Part shown: one piece after another, positions 12,390 through 25,874 of the stretch
Numbering within the stretch: position 1 is the stretch's first letter
How the letters are laid out: the number at the start of each line of letters is the position of its first letter
Assembly: GCA_032718475.1 (NCBI GenBank)
Contig: JAUCBJ010007710.1
Span: forward strand, 1-54,090
Direction: 5' to 3'
DNA: 54,090 nt
Origin: Nemertoderma westbladi
Lineage: Eukaryota; Animalia; Xenacoelomorpha
The notes under the pieces: model-generated
The model's database searches: none
The model's input: only the letters and a program-made list of their open reading frames with translations
What the model was told of the DNA's origin: nothing
Translations under genes and position numbers: made by a program

Positions 12390-15300
12390 TAATGGATTTG
12401 ATAAAGGAAGTTCCGATATTAGAGAGAGATATATTCAACCTTTACAAGAGTTGCTCGATAGTCTGTTGATTGGAAATTTCAGTAAACAGACTACATCAGA
12501 CGATACGCGTTATATTGAGCCACCGATGAATGAGGAACAGCTCAAATGTGAACTCTATTACTGGAAATTCACAGAGCGTTACACCCATCGGAATGGTATG
12601 TGTAGGGATTTCTTAATGACTGGACACCCTATAGACCTCTTTGACTATAATGACTTAGATGCCGAACTGAAATGGTTTTGTTCCGATTGGATATACAAAG
12701 ACAGCGCAGTGACAAACCTTGAATCAATCATGAAGTGTCTCTTAAATGCTAGTTGGAGAAAGAAGGTATCGAAGATCCGGATAAACCCGCAGACTTTTAT
12801 GAATATTTAGAGTTTCTTTGTGAAACCTACCTCAATATCGCTAGTCAACAGGATCTTGAAACGATATATCCATAAGGTATGCCCCCAGATCTGATGATGG
12901 AACTCAAAAGCATTTATACTTCACTATGATGTATTTAACGTCCAACCGACTGCTATCTGTTATGCTGGACAGTTTCGAGCAAATAGAGGAGTATTGTAAA
13001 ACTGGAGAAAGATCACCGCAATTCAACCAACAAGACATGCACCTTTGGTACTACTGCATGATTGTTCTAAACCCAATCAGCAAATCGCACATAATAGTCA
13101 CCCCCGGAGACGATGCACTAAGCATAGTTTCACGCGTAACACCTATGGTGGGTTTGAGTGAAGGTTGTTCGATCTAGACCCTTCCGTCGCTTGACTCAAG
13201 CGAATGGTAAACAAAGCGATGATCAGAGTTCTGGAATAGTCTGTCAGACCTCCCCATAAACCGGTATAACCACAAACTTTAGATCCTAAGAGTTTCTCTG
13301 ACCTGCTTGAACTATATTCAATTTTTAAAGACCTCATATTGCCCGAGCAATCCATCGGTGGCTCTGTGGCAGTGGGTGTTTTGGAATCCATCCAACCTAC
13401 CTGGCCAGCTTGGGAGGAGGACATTGATCCTCCTATTTCGACCCCAACCTCCAACCTGGTTCGAGTTCGATGCCAGTTCAACAATCCACTGAGGTCGAAG
13501 AGAGCATTGCCCAGAATGCTCTTGAAGCCATTAGGCAAAAGATTGGTAAAGGTACTTATAAGAAAGGCCTTAGAAAGGGTCAACAGGTGCAAACGGTACA
13601 TACTAGAACTGTCCTTTCACCTATTAGATAAAGAAACCGAAAATCTGGAGAAAGATATCGACTTGAGATATGTATATTCATTGACCAATTTCTTAGAGGA
13701 AAGGCACCAACAACGTAATGAGAAAATCACCAAGAGGAGAAGCATACCACAACGGACAAAAGAGAGGAAGCAGCTTTAGCCCAACCCGAAGCGCAAGAGC
13801 TTGTGACCGATCTGTTTTCCAAAACTGTACTTCATCCTTCTATCATCCCTCATTTCGAAGACAAACTCTTTGATATAGGTCAACCTCAACCAGTCGACAT
13901 GGACTTACGTTCAAACGAGTGAATCAGCAGATGCTCCTATGTTACAGTGACCCCCTATTGAACCTGCTTGAGTGGACAGGTAATTGGTGGAACCACCCAA
14001 TAATCGTGTCAACTTAGTCAATAGGATGGTACGGGAGGTTAACCTTAGGGTTTGACCCTTACGAGACACATTTTACAGAATTAAGGACCATTCTTATTCC
14101 ATATATCTGTCACACTACTATATTATTAACCCCGAGGACTCATCGCATAGCTTGAACTTCCTCCCATTAATTAACCCGCTTGACTTGGTGGAATTAGAAA
14201 GACTCTAGAAACATCTCGATCAGCTAGTGAAATCAAACTCATTTAGAAAGCCCTATAACATCGCTAGGATCGAGAATGAAACACTGTCCCCATGCAATCT
14301 CGCTGGGTTGATACAAACTCGTTTAGAATATTGGAATCTAGAAGTGCTATTTGAAGAAGAAAATATATAACTCAAAGGAGATAAAAACATGCATGACACC
14401 CAATACCTCAAATATGGTGTGATTCGACTTACAATAATGAAGGTAGTATACCGGTTGTAGAACTCGGAACTAGAAGACTTATCCACATTCGAGGGTTAGC
14501 AGGATCCACTCTTTACACGTGCCTGCTCTGCCTCTATCAAGTATTCTTTTGAGACTCTTACTGAATTACAAAGGAGATTATGACACGGGCAATTCGAGAG
14601 AGCTGACCAATCGAAAACCAGCTATGGGAATCGATGGCTCCATGCTGCCCCAACACATACTCAACATGTTGTTTGATGAGTGAATAATCAAACTCGGATC
14701 TGCAGTCTATGGAGATCGACACAATGACTTTAGATCTATGGAAAATATCCTATACCTCTTTGTTGACACCCAGTTGGTTGCTCCCTGGGCCGAAGGACAA
14801 GGATTCTTCAGGACAATGTATACAGAAACTGCTGGAGGAATGAGTAAATTCCAGAGAACTTCTATCGGACATCTCGCCTTTCAAGAGTTTGGGTAGAGCT
14901 TCAAAGTGGGAGACCCTCTCAGGTTTCTACTACTACCACTAGGATCAGCATGCTGCATTGAGCTGCATTTTTAAGAATGCTGTGCCGGCTTGTCGACCAA
15001 ATTGCGCCACCACAACTTCCTATCACCCATTACATTTGCTAGATCATCTGCATCTTCAAGGCCAGTGTCCTTTAAGATGCATCTCAAGAAAATCATGGGC
15101 AGTCCACCATGCTTATTCACTCCATGAGGCTGCGAAAGCACAACATTATGCACTGGCTGGTCCTCACAGCGAAAGCAATGTCCTGCAATGTGGAGTCGAC
15201 TTTGTTCTAGTGTCAAGCTTGGGGGAACCAATGAGACACCTCCAATGTTATATAGTGTCTGGTTGGAGATGTGTGCATTGTACTTGACACAATGAACCCG

Positions 15301-15989
15301 GCGTAGCATTCTTGTGAATGTGCCATCCAGGGATTTGGTGTCCTCAGCAGTTAGAGCCCAGAATGGACTCCCATAGAGGAGTATTGGAACTACTGCTGCT
15401 CTAAATAATCGGACCTTAAGTTTCCGATTAATTCTCTGTGACTTCCAAATCCTGGAAAGCTTATTCAAGGCTACCCATGCCTTTCCCTTACGTATCATTA
15501 CATTTCCCTTAGGTATCTAAAGATCTATGGAGATCAATACTCCCGTCTGTACTTTGAACTTCCAAGAGGTCTGCATCGGCCGTATGAATATCAAGAGAGA
15601 GAAGGAGCAGTCGAAAATATCGTACAACCTCGAAAGTTCATGTCAACTTGCAGCCCCTTAGCGACTGCAACCCAAACGACCAAACATGGACTGGTACAGG
15701 CTGCTTTACTGAAACGCACCCTAAAAGCTGCGCATACGGAAGCAATAAGATTATGTCATAAGAATTTGGACTCTGAATCCAAAGCGAAAAACAGGAAGGA
15801 ATCGATCTCAGATCTCGGTTACATCCACCGGTGGTTATACCGATAGAAACCCGATCCCTCCTGATGCACTCACATTGCATCGTTCACCCGAGAGTAGTAG
15901 TCCGCCTACCAAGGTGACTCGCCTTCAGAGAGAAAGAAACTGTAAAGAAGTTGAAGAAGTTACATAAACGGAGACCCAAAAAGAAATGA
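12390..15989 (+). pseudogene. Degenerate second copy of the BEL extra ORF (DEDDy exonuclease-like), with an internal deletion and a LINE insertion
   Basis: Colinear peptide matches to 31388-27137: RYIEPPM, YTHRNG, FTMMYLT, TEVEES..NALEAIRQKIGKGTY, FLPLINPLDLV, IHIRGLAGST, KLGSAVYGD, FVDTQL.APWAEGQGFFRTMY, RTSIGHLAFQE, TSTGGYTDRNP, KKLHKRRPKKK. Confidence 0.9.
14925..15510 (-). mobile_element. RTE-like LINE 3' fragment inserted in the second extra-ORF copy
   Basis: Near-identical to 6372-6933, with a (GTA)n tail at 14927-14940. Flanked by aggt at 14921-14924 and 15511-15514. The host frame KVGDPLR|YLKIYG is colinear across it. Confidence 0.9.
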
Positions 15990-16057
15990 CTTGTTGGGCC
16001 TATTTGGAATAGTGAACTTGTTAGAAAGTAGAACTCTAGTGTAAATATTAAACTCAA

Positions 16058-16440
16058 GTCCCACTTTCTGGGATTGGTGTTAAATATTTTGTGACTAAAA
16101 TTCATATTTTATTAGCAATATGCTGTTCTACTCCAATGTAATATAATGGAGTAAATAGTTTGCCAGTTTTCCCTGAACAAAACTCATATGCCCTTCTGTT
16201 TCAGTACACATCATTCCTTAAGATGTGGCTAATAGAAATTGTTTTCCTTGTTTTAATACAGCTGGCCCCATTTTTCAAAAGGTAAACAATAACAAATTTG
16301 ACGTATGTTAGCTGTTGATTGGCTAATGATGATTTTGCAACCCTTTTCTCAGAAATGGCCAGGCCGGAAGCTCAATATTCTGCTTTAGTTGCTAGCTAAC
16401 GGACGTGTTTTTGCCTTTTAACATCTGGCTTAGAATAGGT
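16058..16440 (+). mobile_element. PPT region and start of the 3' LTR (TG at 16078) of the second BEL-related element; LTR end not found
   Basis: actcaagtcccactttctgggattgg-TGTTAAA matches the intact element's actcaaatcccattttctgggagcgg-TGTAAAA. Confidence 0.6.
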
Positions 16441-18215
16441 AAGAATTTTCCGTTAATTACCGCATGTGTGCAGCACACTCCAGCTGGAACACCTTGAAAC
16501 ACTGACATAGACATAGACCCGTAAGACATAGAACTACTTATTATCTAGAGCGCAACATCTGAAGAGGAACTGTTAATACTATCGCATTATGTGAACATAG
16601 TTGTTAGAAATTATATAGCGAGAATCAATCGAATGAGACATAACCAGCCCAATTTAGTAAGCCGATACATTTCAGACTCCCTTTGGGTCATATACCGCAC
16701 TAGCTGATTCATATCCGATGTTAAAACGTTTGGCAAAATGAAGCAAGATTTGTGTGATAATAAATATGATGGGGAAAATTATCAAAGTCTTCTAAAAGCG
16801 CGAACAACTCATAACCGAAAACAACAGGCACTTGAATCCGTATGTACATGCTATGCCTCCATAAAAAAACGCTCCTACTCAAACCTACCTAACCAAATTA
16901 CAAAATAGCCATCAACCTATTCACTCCATATGTTAATATATCCTTATATTGTTATGTACAGTTAGTTTTGGTTTAAACACTGCCTATGCTGTAGTGTATA
17001 TTGTCAATGTGCATGGTTATTTTAAATTTCGCGTTGCATATACTTACTGTATATTTGATTTGACGTCTAATTAAAAGTTCCAATTCCAAGTTCTAGACTG
17101 TGGATCGTTTCGTTTTACAAAGCACAGAAGTGAATACAGACAGACTCAGAATGCAGTACGGTACTAAACACTTTGCGTGTGCAGTGCAGGCAATAACAGA
17201 CAGACTCAGAATGCAGTAGGGTACTAAACACTGTGCGTGTGCAGGGAATAAGAAGAAAAATATACAGTAACACGTTCGTGGTGCCTTCGCGCAGGACGAG
17301 GCCCAGTTATGAGATAAAAATTAAAATTGAGCGACTGTATCACAAAATCAGTATTTGAGAAATTTAACCATATCGACAATCAATCAAAGAAAGGGGGACA
17401 GTACGTGTTCAGCCCTTTTAATCTGCCCCCCCCCCCCCCCCTCCTACCAACCAATACATAACCGCGACATCTACCACCCAAGGGGCGGAAGGGAAGCACA
17501 AACTTATTTCCAATCGCACGTTCAATATGCGAAGCCATGTGGTTTTAGGAACTATCGAGAATTCGAGAAAATCGAGAATACGAGAAACTCGATCGAAATA
17601 CCTGCTCATCCCAGTATCCGTCCGTAGTCACCAGACAGCTGCAGTTTATTCCCGTAGAACAGTAGAATTCCCGCAGCTTCCGACCCAATTCGACAACGAA
17701 TTCGCCTCACACTTTCGCGTGGCAGAGAACATAATCCGGTGCGATACACGTCTGCCCGACTTTCAACAATTTCCCCCAGGCGATCCCAGGATCCGGCTGT
17801 CCGGGCCGCCGCTAAACCCAAATCGCAATCCTCGTCGATTCGTCCAGTCGTCGACGTAAGTCGGACTCTTCCCACCGCACTCCAAGGTGGGTGGCCTGAT
17901 TGAGGCATGAGGAACTTGGCAGTGGCCCGCATTACGATCCGACCGACCGCCATATTCCCAGTGTAGTAAATAGAATCTTACTGACAAGCAAGCAATTCCG
18001 TAGTATTTATTCCTCAGTTAATCGCATATTGATGCCACTCGGCTGCTCGGGTCCAGATACATCGGACTGTCGGAAGCTGTTTAGATGAAGAAGTTGTTTA
18101 GATGGCCTTGCCAACGACCAACGACCTGAAGACGGTACCGGTAACTCTGTACCACTGTAACAGTTAACAGTACCGGTACCGTACTGTAATCCTGTAGTCT
18201 CCTAGCAACCAGCTG

Positions 18216-18500
18216 ATGCCAAGCCTAATAATTTTTGGGTAGATTAATTTATTATAACTTTAAGACAGTTACACAGATGCTGCACGAAGACCCCACGCAA
18301 ATTCAACCTGGAAAATACTACATATGTACCAAGTTTGGATATATTTTATCGAGATTTGGATGAGTTATTAACGTTTAAAATTGGACACAACAGAACAACA
18401 GATCGACAGAACAACAGATCAACAGAGCAACAGACACACCGATTGAGTTAGTGGTACCTGTATGCTAAGCTCGCTTACTTTCGTCGCTCGCCCCACAAAG
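18216..18500. mobile_element. Probable Helentron/DINE-like non-autonomous repeat
   Basis: An accaagtttgg block, an ACAG-rich microsatellite and a terminal gctcgc..gctcgc motif. Similar layout at about 45120-45650. Confidence 0.35.
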
Positions 18501-19105
18501 TACAGAGAAACCCTAAAATATCCGCACAGGTAAATACGCACATGTGAGTGGATGGAGTGCTGGTGTTAGTTAAATTCCGTTACCGGTACGGTACCTCTTG
18601 CTTGATAAAGGAACCCGTAAGTGTTTTGAAATATTGCAATAATTTTGTTTTTGCGTCATCCTTACCCCGTTTATATTAATATAAATTCATTAGGAAGTGC
18701 GTCTCTGAATGAGAAGACTAATTACAACATTACATTATACCCCATGCGGTATCTCTCTCATACACATTTTACCCAAAGAAGTGTACTGTACTGTAGTATA
18801 GAAATAAGAAAATCAATGTGGTAATTTACAACGCTATAACGGTACTGCAAAGGCAGAAAAGTTCAGATCAATAGACCTATTTACAATGATCTACTGTAAT
18901 GCCTACCAACACAAGAATTTCATCCTTTATATAAATTTATGCATATCTGCATGTCATACAGATTCAATTATGCATTATAAGATAATTAACTATTTTTTTT
19001 TAGGTCCGCGTAGCGAGACCTCTACTATTCAATTCGTTGTTGTTGTTGTTAATTTCCAGTTGGGTTTTAGTTTTATACGGCTTCATACGCCGCAGTTTGG
19101 AAATT

Positions 19106-19160
19106 TGTAGAGCGTTGGACTTGGAATCTCTAGGTACCGAGTTCAATCCCCCGTTCCAGT
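19106..19160 (+). mobile_element. tRNA-derived SINE head or tRNA pseudogene fragment
   Basis: gtagagcg-ttggacttggaatct-...-gagttcaatcccc, i.e. a partial A box and a B box. The acceptor and anticodon stems do not pair fully. Confidence 0.45.
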
Positions 19161-20297
19161 AAATGTTTTTTGGTAGTAAGATTGGAAGTAAACCATTCAA
19201 GGAGACGATTTCATGCGTTAGTAGACTCGCGCTTGATTACTTAGCTTAGACATAAATAATAACAAACATCATAATAATTACTGTAATAAGGCCATATCAA
19301 ATTCTTATTGAATAAACATAGGAATTCGTTTGAAGCTTAGCTTCTTTACAGATATGCACATTTTTATTATCACTACCAAATATTTACAGTACCGGCTGAT
19401 CGGTACTAAAAGTTTAGTGTTATTTTAAATCTAATCTGTAGGCCATACTTAATACGTAGGCCTACTTAATACGGCTTTAAATACTGGTGGAAACAGCATT
19501 TTATCAATGTTCCTATCATAAATTTCATCAATTGTAGTGTCCAGATTCTCCGCTATCAATTGATATAAGCCACGTGTGAAATGATTGAGATTTAATCAAT
19601 ATGTATTTGTATCAATCAAAAATCACTATCCATAGAAACCAAAATCAGAAATTATCAGAGCAGTTTGTAGTGACGTCAAATCTGTAGCAGCCAATCACAG
19701 CCGATTTAAAAAAAATGACTACCAGTGCTTACTTAAACCCGCCATTTCGAAGGTTTCCACAGGTTTTTACAAAAAACACACCCCGCCACGGCACCTTGTT
19801 ACCCCTTATTTAATTGTTTCTAGCCCAAACACTTTTTTCTCGCACCAACCATATTCTAAGAGTTTTGTATGGTATTTAATTATATTTTTTTTTTGTGTAA
19901 TCCATCTAAATATGGCGACAAAGTGGGAATTTTTACCCAAAATGTTCACTTCAGGCACATCGTCAATATTTAATTGGTAATTGAGATGGCTAGGCACATA
20001 ACTAAACTTGTAGACAATCCCTAAATACACATTAAATGCTCTAATGAGCTCCAGGGCATTTATCCCTATTGAAACCTGTATTGGTTCCTATACAGCATCA
20101 TTTAATCCCTCAAACATTTCATCAATATTTCGTTAAACAGTTTATTTGCAATTTAATTGTAGTCATGGTGATTCCATGATATTATATATAAAGTCCATAA
20201 ATATAAAATATAATCCTTAAATATACATATAATAAATAATAATAATAAAATCCCTTGGTTTCGCGTCAGTCTTGAGTATTATTAATCGTCAGTATTA

Positions 20298-23200
20298 ATA
20301 ATGTTCTTGGTTCATAATATAATAAAATATTACAAAGTACAGAAACAAACAGAACACAATAAACCAATAATAATAAGCTTAGCGACTGATCAGGGCCCCA
20401 ATATACAGTTTTGTGTAACCGGGCGGGGCGACGTCCACCGCGGTCATGGGACTAGTGGACATAGGGGTGGCTGAAACCATAAGGGGGTGAGGAAGCCCCA
20501 CTGGAGAGTAGTTTGGAGGTGTAGACAGGAGGAAACGTCAATTTCTCGTCACAGTACGAGGAGGGGGTTCACACCGTGTAGTGCCGATTGGGCCCAACCA
20601 TGACCATGGTTCGCTTCCGGTCCCAGCGGTGCGAGCAGGGGTCCTGGATGACCACAGGGTCATGGACAGCAAGGAACGGGAGATTGGGCAATTCGGGCAG
20701 TGCGGAGTGACTGGGACAGAGTGTCGAGAATCATGTGAGACTTACCCCAGCACTAGCAGGTAGTATACTGGTGCAGCACCAGCTTGGATTTGAGTTGTTG
20801 CATATGGGTGTTTTCCACTTCTGAGAACTATATGCAGTCTAAAATTGTGACCAGGGAGAAGGTGGTAAGACCGAGGAGGAAGTTGTGGAACTTCTGGATG
20901 CCCCAGACTACTGCTACAAGTTACAACTCAATAGTGGCGCATGAAGACTCTACCGGCGTAATTAACCGAGATCCACATTCTATAAGGAGCCTCTCTGTCC
21001 TGTGGCGCTGGAAAAGGGCATAGTAAAGCCTTTTGAGACGAGAAACATCAGTTATGAGCATCGTGTCGATGGAGACATCGGATGTGGTCAGAACCAGAGA
21101 GGTATAGTAAGGGCCACCTTGGTGGCATCAAAGGCACGGGTACGGTCGTCGGTTGACCAGATATATGGCGATTTCATCGATAGGTGGGGGCAGAGTGGTA
21201 GGAGCCTCTCAGATATCTCGTAGGAGAATGCAGTGAGTTGATCTACAAGCCCAATAAAACTTTGGAGATCGGTTAGAGTTTCTGGATGAGGGAAGGAAGC
21301 TATAGCAGAGAGTTTACTGGGGTCGGCATGGATGCCATCTGTCCTGACTAGGTAGCTGCCAAATTTCACATTGGAAACTTAATGGGAGTATCCCAAGATC
21401 CGGGCAAACCGATTTGCTAAGAATCTGTCCCTGCATCTCCAGAGAGACAATGATTTCCATTGTGGCGGAATTTCGGCTGGACGAGATGACGGGGGGTAAG
21501 GCGACTGTGAATTTGTATTGGTAGTACATTGGCGGCGATGAGATCCAGGTTGGTGGAAGAGAGGAGATCCTTCCCAACTCCTCCAAGTTGCGCCACTGAC
21601 TGGAAGCTCACAATCAGGTAGTCCAGTTTGCATATCGCCACGAGGGATTCTAAGCGGTTAATGGAGTTGCGGTATAGGATACTGCGTACGCAGAATAAGG
21701 TTCCTTTGAGGAACCGCTGGATTGGCACACCTGCTGGAAGTGTCCCTTCTTGCCACAGCTGCGGCAGTGAACTTCGCGGGCAGGCAGGGCATACAGATTT
21801 GTCGGAATGCTGTGCTTGCACACAATTTCCACAAGTGCGGGTGCAATTGTTCTCCTTGGTGGAGGAAGATTTTCAGGGTTGCTGGGAACCATTCTATGGG
21901 GGCATCGAAGCACCCTGACACATTGGAGAGTGGCCATCACGTTGTTTGTATTGGGAGATTTTGAATACTGAGTGGGAACTCCCAAATACTTGGGTGTTTG
22001 TAGTGCTGTACTCCCAGTTCTGACAGATAGTGCGAGTTTCTTCTAGAGAGGGCCGAGGTAGTATTTTTAGGAGTTTCTGTTGAGTCTCTGTAAATTACAA
22101 ACCAATGAGTAACTGAGTTACTATCTGGTTGTCCTGGCACTCCACGCCCAGTTCTGGGATTTCGGCGAGATGTTTCAATGACTGGTAGAAGTCATCGAAA
22201 GTTTTAGATGCGCCCTGGTGGCTTCTGTGGAATTGCATGCAGTCGACATTGATGCTATGTTTACCGCAGAGGCGTTGTTCAACAAATTGAGAAATCGTAG
22301 CCGTGTCCACCTTGTCACTGTCCGGATCAGTTCCACGGTATATCGGACAACGTCGTGTAGGCCTGATCCTAAGGCGGTGAGGAGTGTATGTAAACCTGTT
22401 TGCTGGGTGGAAAGGTTTCTGCACTCTCTCTGACAACAGGGACTGCTGTCCCAACTGTCCCATCAGCGGCTAAAGGCGGGCAGTTCGACTGAAATATCAA
22501 TTCGGTCTAGATTGCTGACATCCAGAGTGCACTGACAAGTGGGGGCTGCATGTGGTGCAATGGGTTGTCCTATAGGATGATCTGCAAATTGTGGATGGCC
22601 GAGCTGGGCGAGAATGTCCACTAAAAGACAGTTGGCAGCCACTGCTGCCACATGTTCTTCCCAATGTTCTTGTTGTTGCTCCTCCACACAGCATTGCGTG
22701 TTTTCCTGCTACTGAGCCATGAGTTCCAGGAGTTGCACACTGGGTTGGCCACCGGTAGCCACGCGGGAGAGTGTATCAGCGATCTGAGTGTTGAGTTTCT
22801 TTTGAAGTGTTGCATCGGATGTTTTCGATATCGTCGGGATACTACTGGCGTCAGCACAATACTGAATCAGTGAAGGGAGCCGCAGGGGAGAGGTCTTACC
22901 AGCCAAGATCCTCAGTAGAGGAAGCAAGCATCGTTATCCGCCGTCATACCGTGAGCTTAGAGGACGTTGGAAAGCATTGGGATACCGAACATGTGGCGCT
23001 GAAGTTTAGCACGGAGAGCATTATCATATTGTCTTATTTACATTGTATATTTAATACACCGCGTCACTCACCCCACAACAATTCACTTATTATTACTGAA
23101 GTTTAGCACTGAAGGCACATAGGAACAGAACTACTGAGCAGCGCCATGTAATGTTCTTGGTTCGTAGTATTATAAACTATTACAACGTACAAAACAAACA

Positions 23201-23450
23201 GAACACAATAAACCTATAGCGACTTCAGTACTCTGTACCCTGTACACTGAGCAGTTGTACCTGCTTTTATACTAAAAGCACCGACAGAAATGGAATGCGC
23301 AGAACGAATGCGATGTTCTCGAATCAAAGGAATGTTCTATCTAATCACAACTGCATATGGGGCGAGCCACATGCAAATATTGTCTAACCTGCATTTGGGG
23401 CGAGCCATATGCTATATTTTGTATATCACCGCCATATGGATATCACTACA
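20298..23450 (-). mobile_element. Internally deleted Ty3/Gypsy (Mag-like) element 2
   Basis: 5' LTR 23147-23450 (TGTA...TACA), with a partial second LTR copy at 20298-20387. Gag zinc knuckle C..CGKKGHF..VC at about 21730-21770. RT thumb DGIHADPSKLSAI..P..LTDLQSFIGLV at 21088-21369. Many frameshifts. Confidence 0.85.
23129..23146 (-). promoter_or_regulatory. Primer-binding site of Gypsy element 2 (TGGCGCTG..., tRNA-Ser-like)
   Basis: Starts with TGG immediately after the LTR-terminal CA on the minus strand. Confidence 0.65.
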
Positions 23451-23727
23451 ATTAAGGTTCAGGTTCATTAATTAAGTTAATTAACTTCACAGAATCCTTC
23501 TAATACTTAAAATTTTTAATGAATACAATATTACTAAACACTAATTCCATCATCTTGAATACTTTATAAAGTAAATACTGTACATTAGTTGCCGTAGTTA
23601 CTGTCTGTATAAATTGATGGTTTAATCATTTCAAAAAATTATCAAAACTTAAAGATTTATACTGTTTTTTAGTTTTCGAATTAAAATTTAAGATAGCAGC
23701 CTCCTCTCCAAGTTAAGGTATTCAAAA

Positions 23728-24438
23728 ATGGGCTATCATCATACCAGATCACTCTATGCACTTTACATGGCAGTAAACATTACTGTTTGTTACAGTGTAA
23801 TATGTTATCATGAAGTTGTAGTAAATGTTACAACTACTAATCAAGTGTTACAACAAGAGATGCTTGATAAATTGGCAAAATTAGAACGTGGCAATGAACG
23901 TTGGTTCGAATATACTGGGTTCACAACTTCTCGATATGAAATAGAAAATATTCGAGACAATTGCACCGAATGTCTTGAAGGTTACTACCGAATTATCAGT
24001 GTTCATGAAGATAGTGGTGATGAGATCTTGCTTGATGCATATGTTCATAGGTGCATCAAAGAGGATAATGAGATTCCAGCGGAACGGTTCTGCTTGGCTC
24101 TAGATGAAGAGAGATGCATACTATTCAAGAATCAATTTGAACAAGACCACAGTGCAGGAGATGGCGATGCCGACCCGGGCCAAGATCGCTTTGTACGCCA
24201 GATTTCCTATATTGAGGATTATATGCTATACGGATCTTCCGTCACATACGATTCATGTCAATCCAAGTGCTGTGCTGGTAAGTGTCCTGGTCACCTAACC
24301 TGGAAAGTTGGTTTAGCTACAACAACTAGCAACATTGAAACAACAGAAGAGTTCGTCACCACAGAAAGCAGTTCGGTGATCCCCAAACCTCTAATAGCTA
24401 TGGTTTTATTGATGGTTACATTTAATGCGGCAGCTTAG
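23728..24438 (+). CDS. Putative secreted/GPI-anchored Cys-rich protein, 236 aa, family unknown
   Basis: Uninterrupted ORF with aaaaATGg context in AT-rich flanks. N-terminal hydrophobic stretch, about 9 Cys, Thr/Ser-rich stalk (ATTTSNIETTEEFVTTESSS) and hydrophobic C-terminus (LIAMVLLMVTFNAAA). Confidence 0.6.
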   Translation: MGYHHTRSLYALYMAVNITVCYSVICYHEVVVNVTTTNQVLQQEMLDKLAKLERGNERWFEYTGFTTSRYEIENIRDNCTECLEGYYRIISVHEDSGDEILLDAYVHRCIKEDNEIPAERFCLALDEERCILFKNQFEQDHSAGDGDADPGQDRFVRQISYIEDYMLYGSSVTYDSCQSKCCAGKCPGHLTWKVGLATTTSNIETTEEFVTTESSSVIPKPLIAMVLLMVTFNAAA

Positions 24439-24715
24439 ATGAATTCTGACTGAGAATGCCATTCAAACTTTACTTAACTCATAAACTACATATATCATCC
24501 AAATACTCATGACTTTGTAATAATTATTATAAACTAAAATTATAATATTTAATATAATATAAATAAATTATAATTATATTATAGGGGCCTAATATCATAT
24601 ATCATAATATAAACCTATTTATATATATATACTATAGGCCATATATCTCTAAAGGCCTATGTCATTATTTTGAACAGAAAAATGTTAAATGACATATATA
24701 CACAATACATATACA

Positions 24716-25086
24716 ATGCTATAAATTCACATTTTCAGGTTTTCTGTGGCGCTGATTATAATGGAATGCGTTTGTAATTTATCGGATCATTGCTACTCGT
24801 ATTTTTTGGCATATGGTAAATGTTGGTGCTTGCACCAAATTTCGCACCCATCACCAAAAAGTACAAGTTTGAGATGCCCAGTGCCGTTTTTATTGATTCC
24901 ATCGGATTCAGGACCCTCATAAATACGAATAACGCAAGAAACATGATGATAATATCTATTTATCAATTTCCCTTTTAAAAAATTTGGTGCTGGTACACAA
25001 ATTTTCACCAACCGCCGAAAAATACCAGTTTGAGTACTCTTATGCTATTTTAACTTATTTCATTGAATTTACAATCACCACAAACC
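24716..25086 (+). repeat. Dispersed fragment of the internal repeat of the piggyBac-like MITE
   Basis: Aligns with about 2351-2725, e.g. cccatcaccaaaaagtacaagtttg and gattccatcggattcaggaccctcataaa. Confidence 0.85.
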
Positions 25087-25874
25087 GCAAGCTTTAGATC
25101 AGGCGGCGTCTCTGCAGGTTGATGCTGGGTCATGGTAAGGAGACATTGCCATAGTTGTATAAAACTTCATTGCTGCTGTGTGCATCACAGGCAATAATGC
25201 TATTGCATACCCTGCTCATCATTCTGTACATACAGTACATATGTTTCATACATAGGCCTACTGTATGATCCATAATATGTACTTGTGTCTTTAGCAGTTA
25301 GATCCCAGCGAGCATCACAGGCACCACCGCTGCAAGGAAAAGTGTGCCTTTAAATAACTTTTGAAGTATTTATCATAAACGTACTTGAGATAGATTGAGA
25401 TATTGAATCAAATATACAACGTAACTAAAATCCTTTCTTTCCATTGACACTCCTCTGATTTCCATACCAAACCCTTGCCTGGATTTGCCGACAGCAGGAA
25501 CTCTGGTCGAGACCAGAGTGAGCTTGACTAAGCCGAGAAGGTAGATATTATCAGCTAAAGACATGCACAAGAATCGTTGAGGGATTGCAAACTACGTAGA
25601 CCGGATGGAAACTACTCACATTTCTTATTATTATGAAACGCGAAGCTATTTTGTAGCCTATCAATGTTATTAATTAATTACATTTATATATTATATTTTT
25701 TGAAATCATTAACGTGTACTGTATTTCATTATGTCGTAACGTCGAAAAGACGATACTTTAGAAAAAATGAGCAAAGAAAATGGTGACATGTTCAGTAAAA
25801 CTGAACAAATGCAGACAATGACTCAGTTTACTTCAGTCAACCAAGGTGAAGATGGATCAAAGATTTATCACATC

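Noticed and set aside
17136-18088. 60-bp duplication (17136-17244) and GC-rich block with overlapping short ORFs
   Set aside because: No recognisable motifs, termini or second copy in the window, so it cannot be classified.
19106-19160. Functional tRNA gene
   Set aside because: The 5' acceptor strand is missing and the anticodon stem does not pair.
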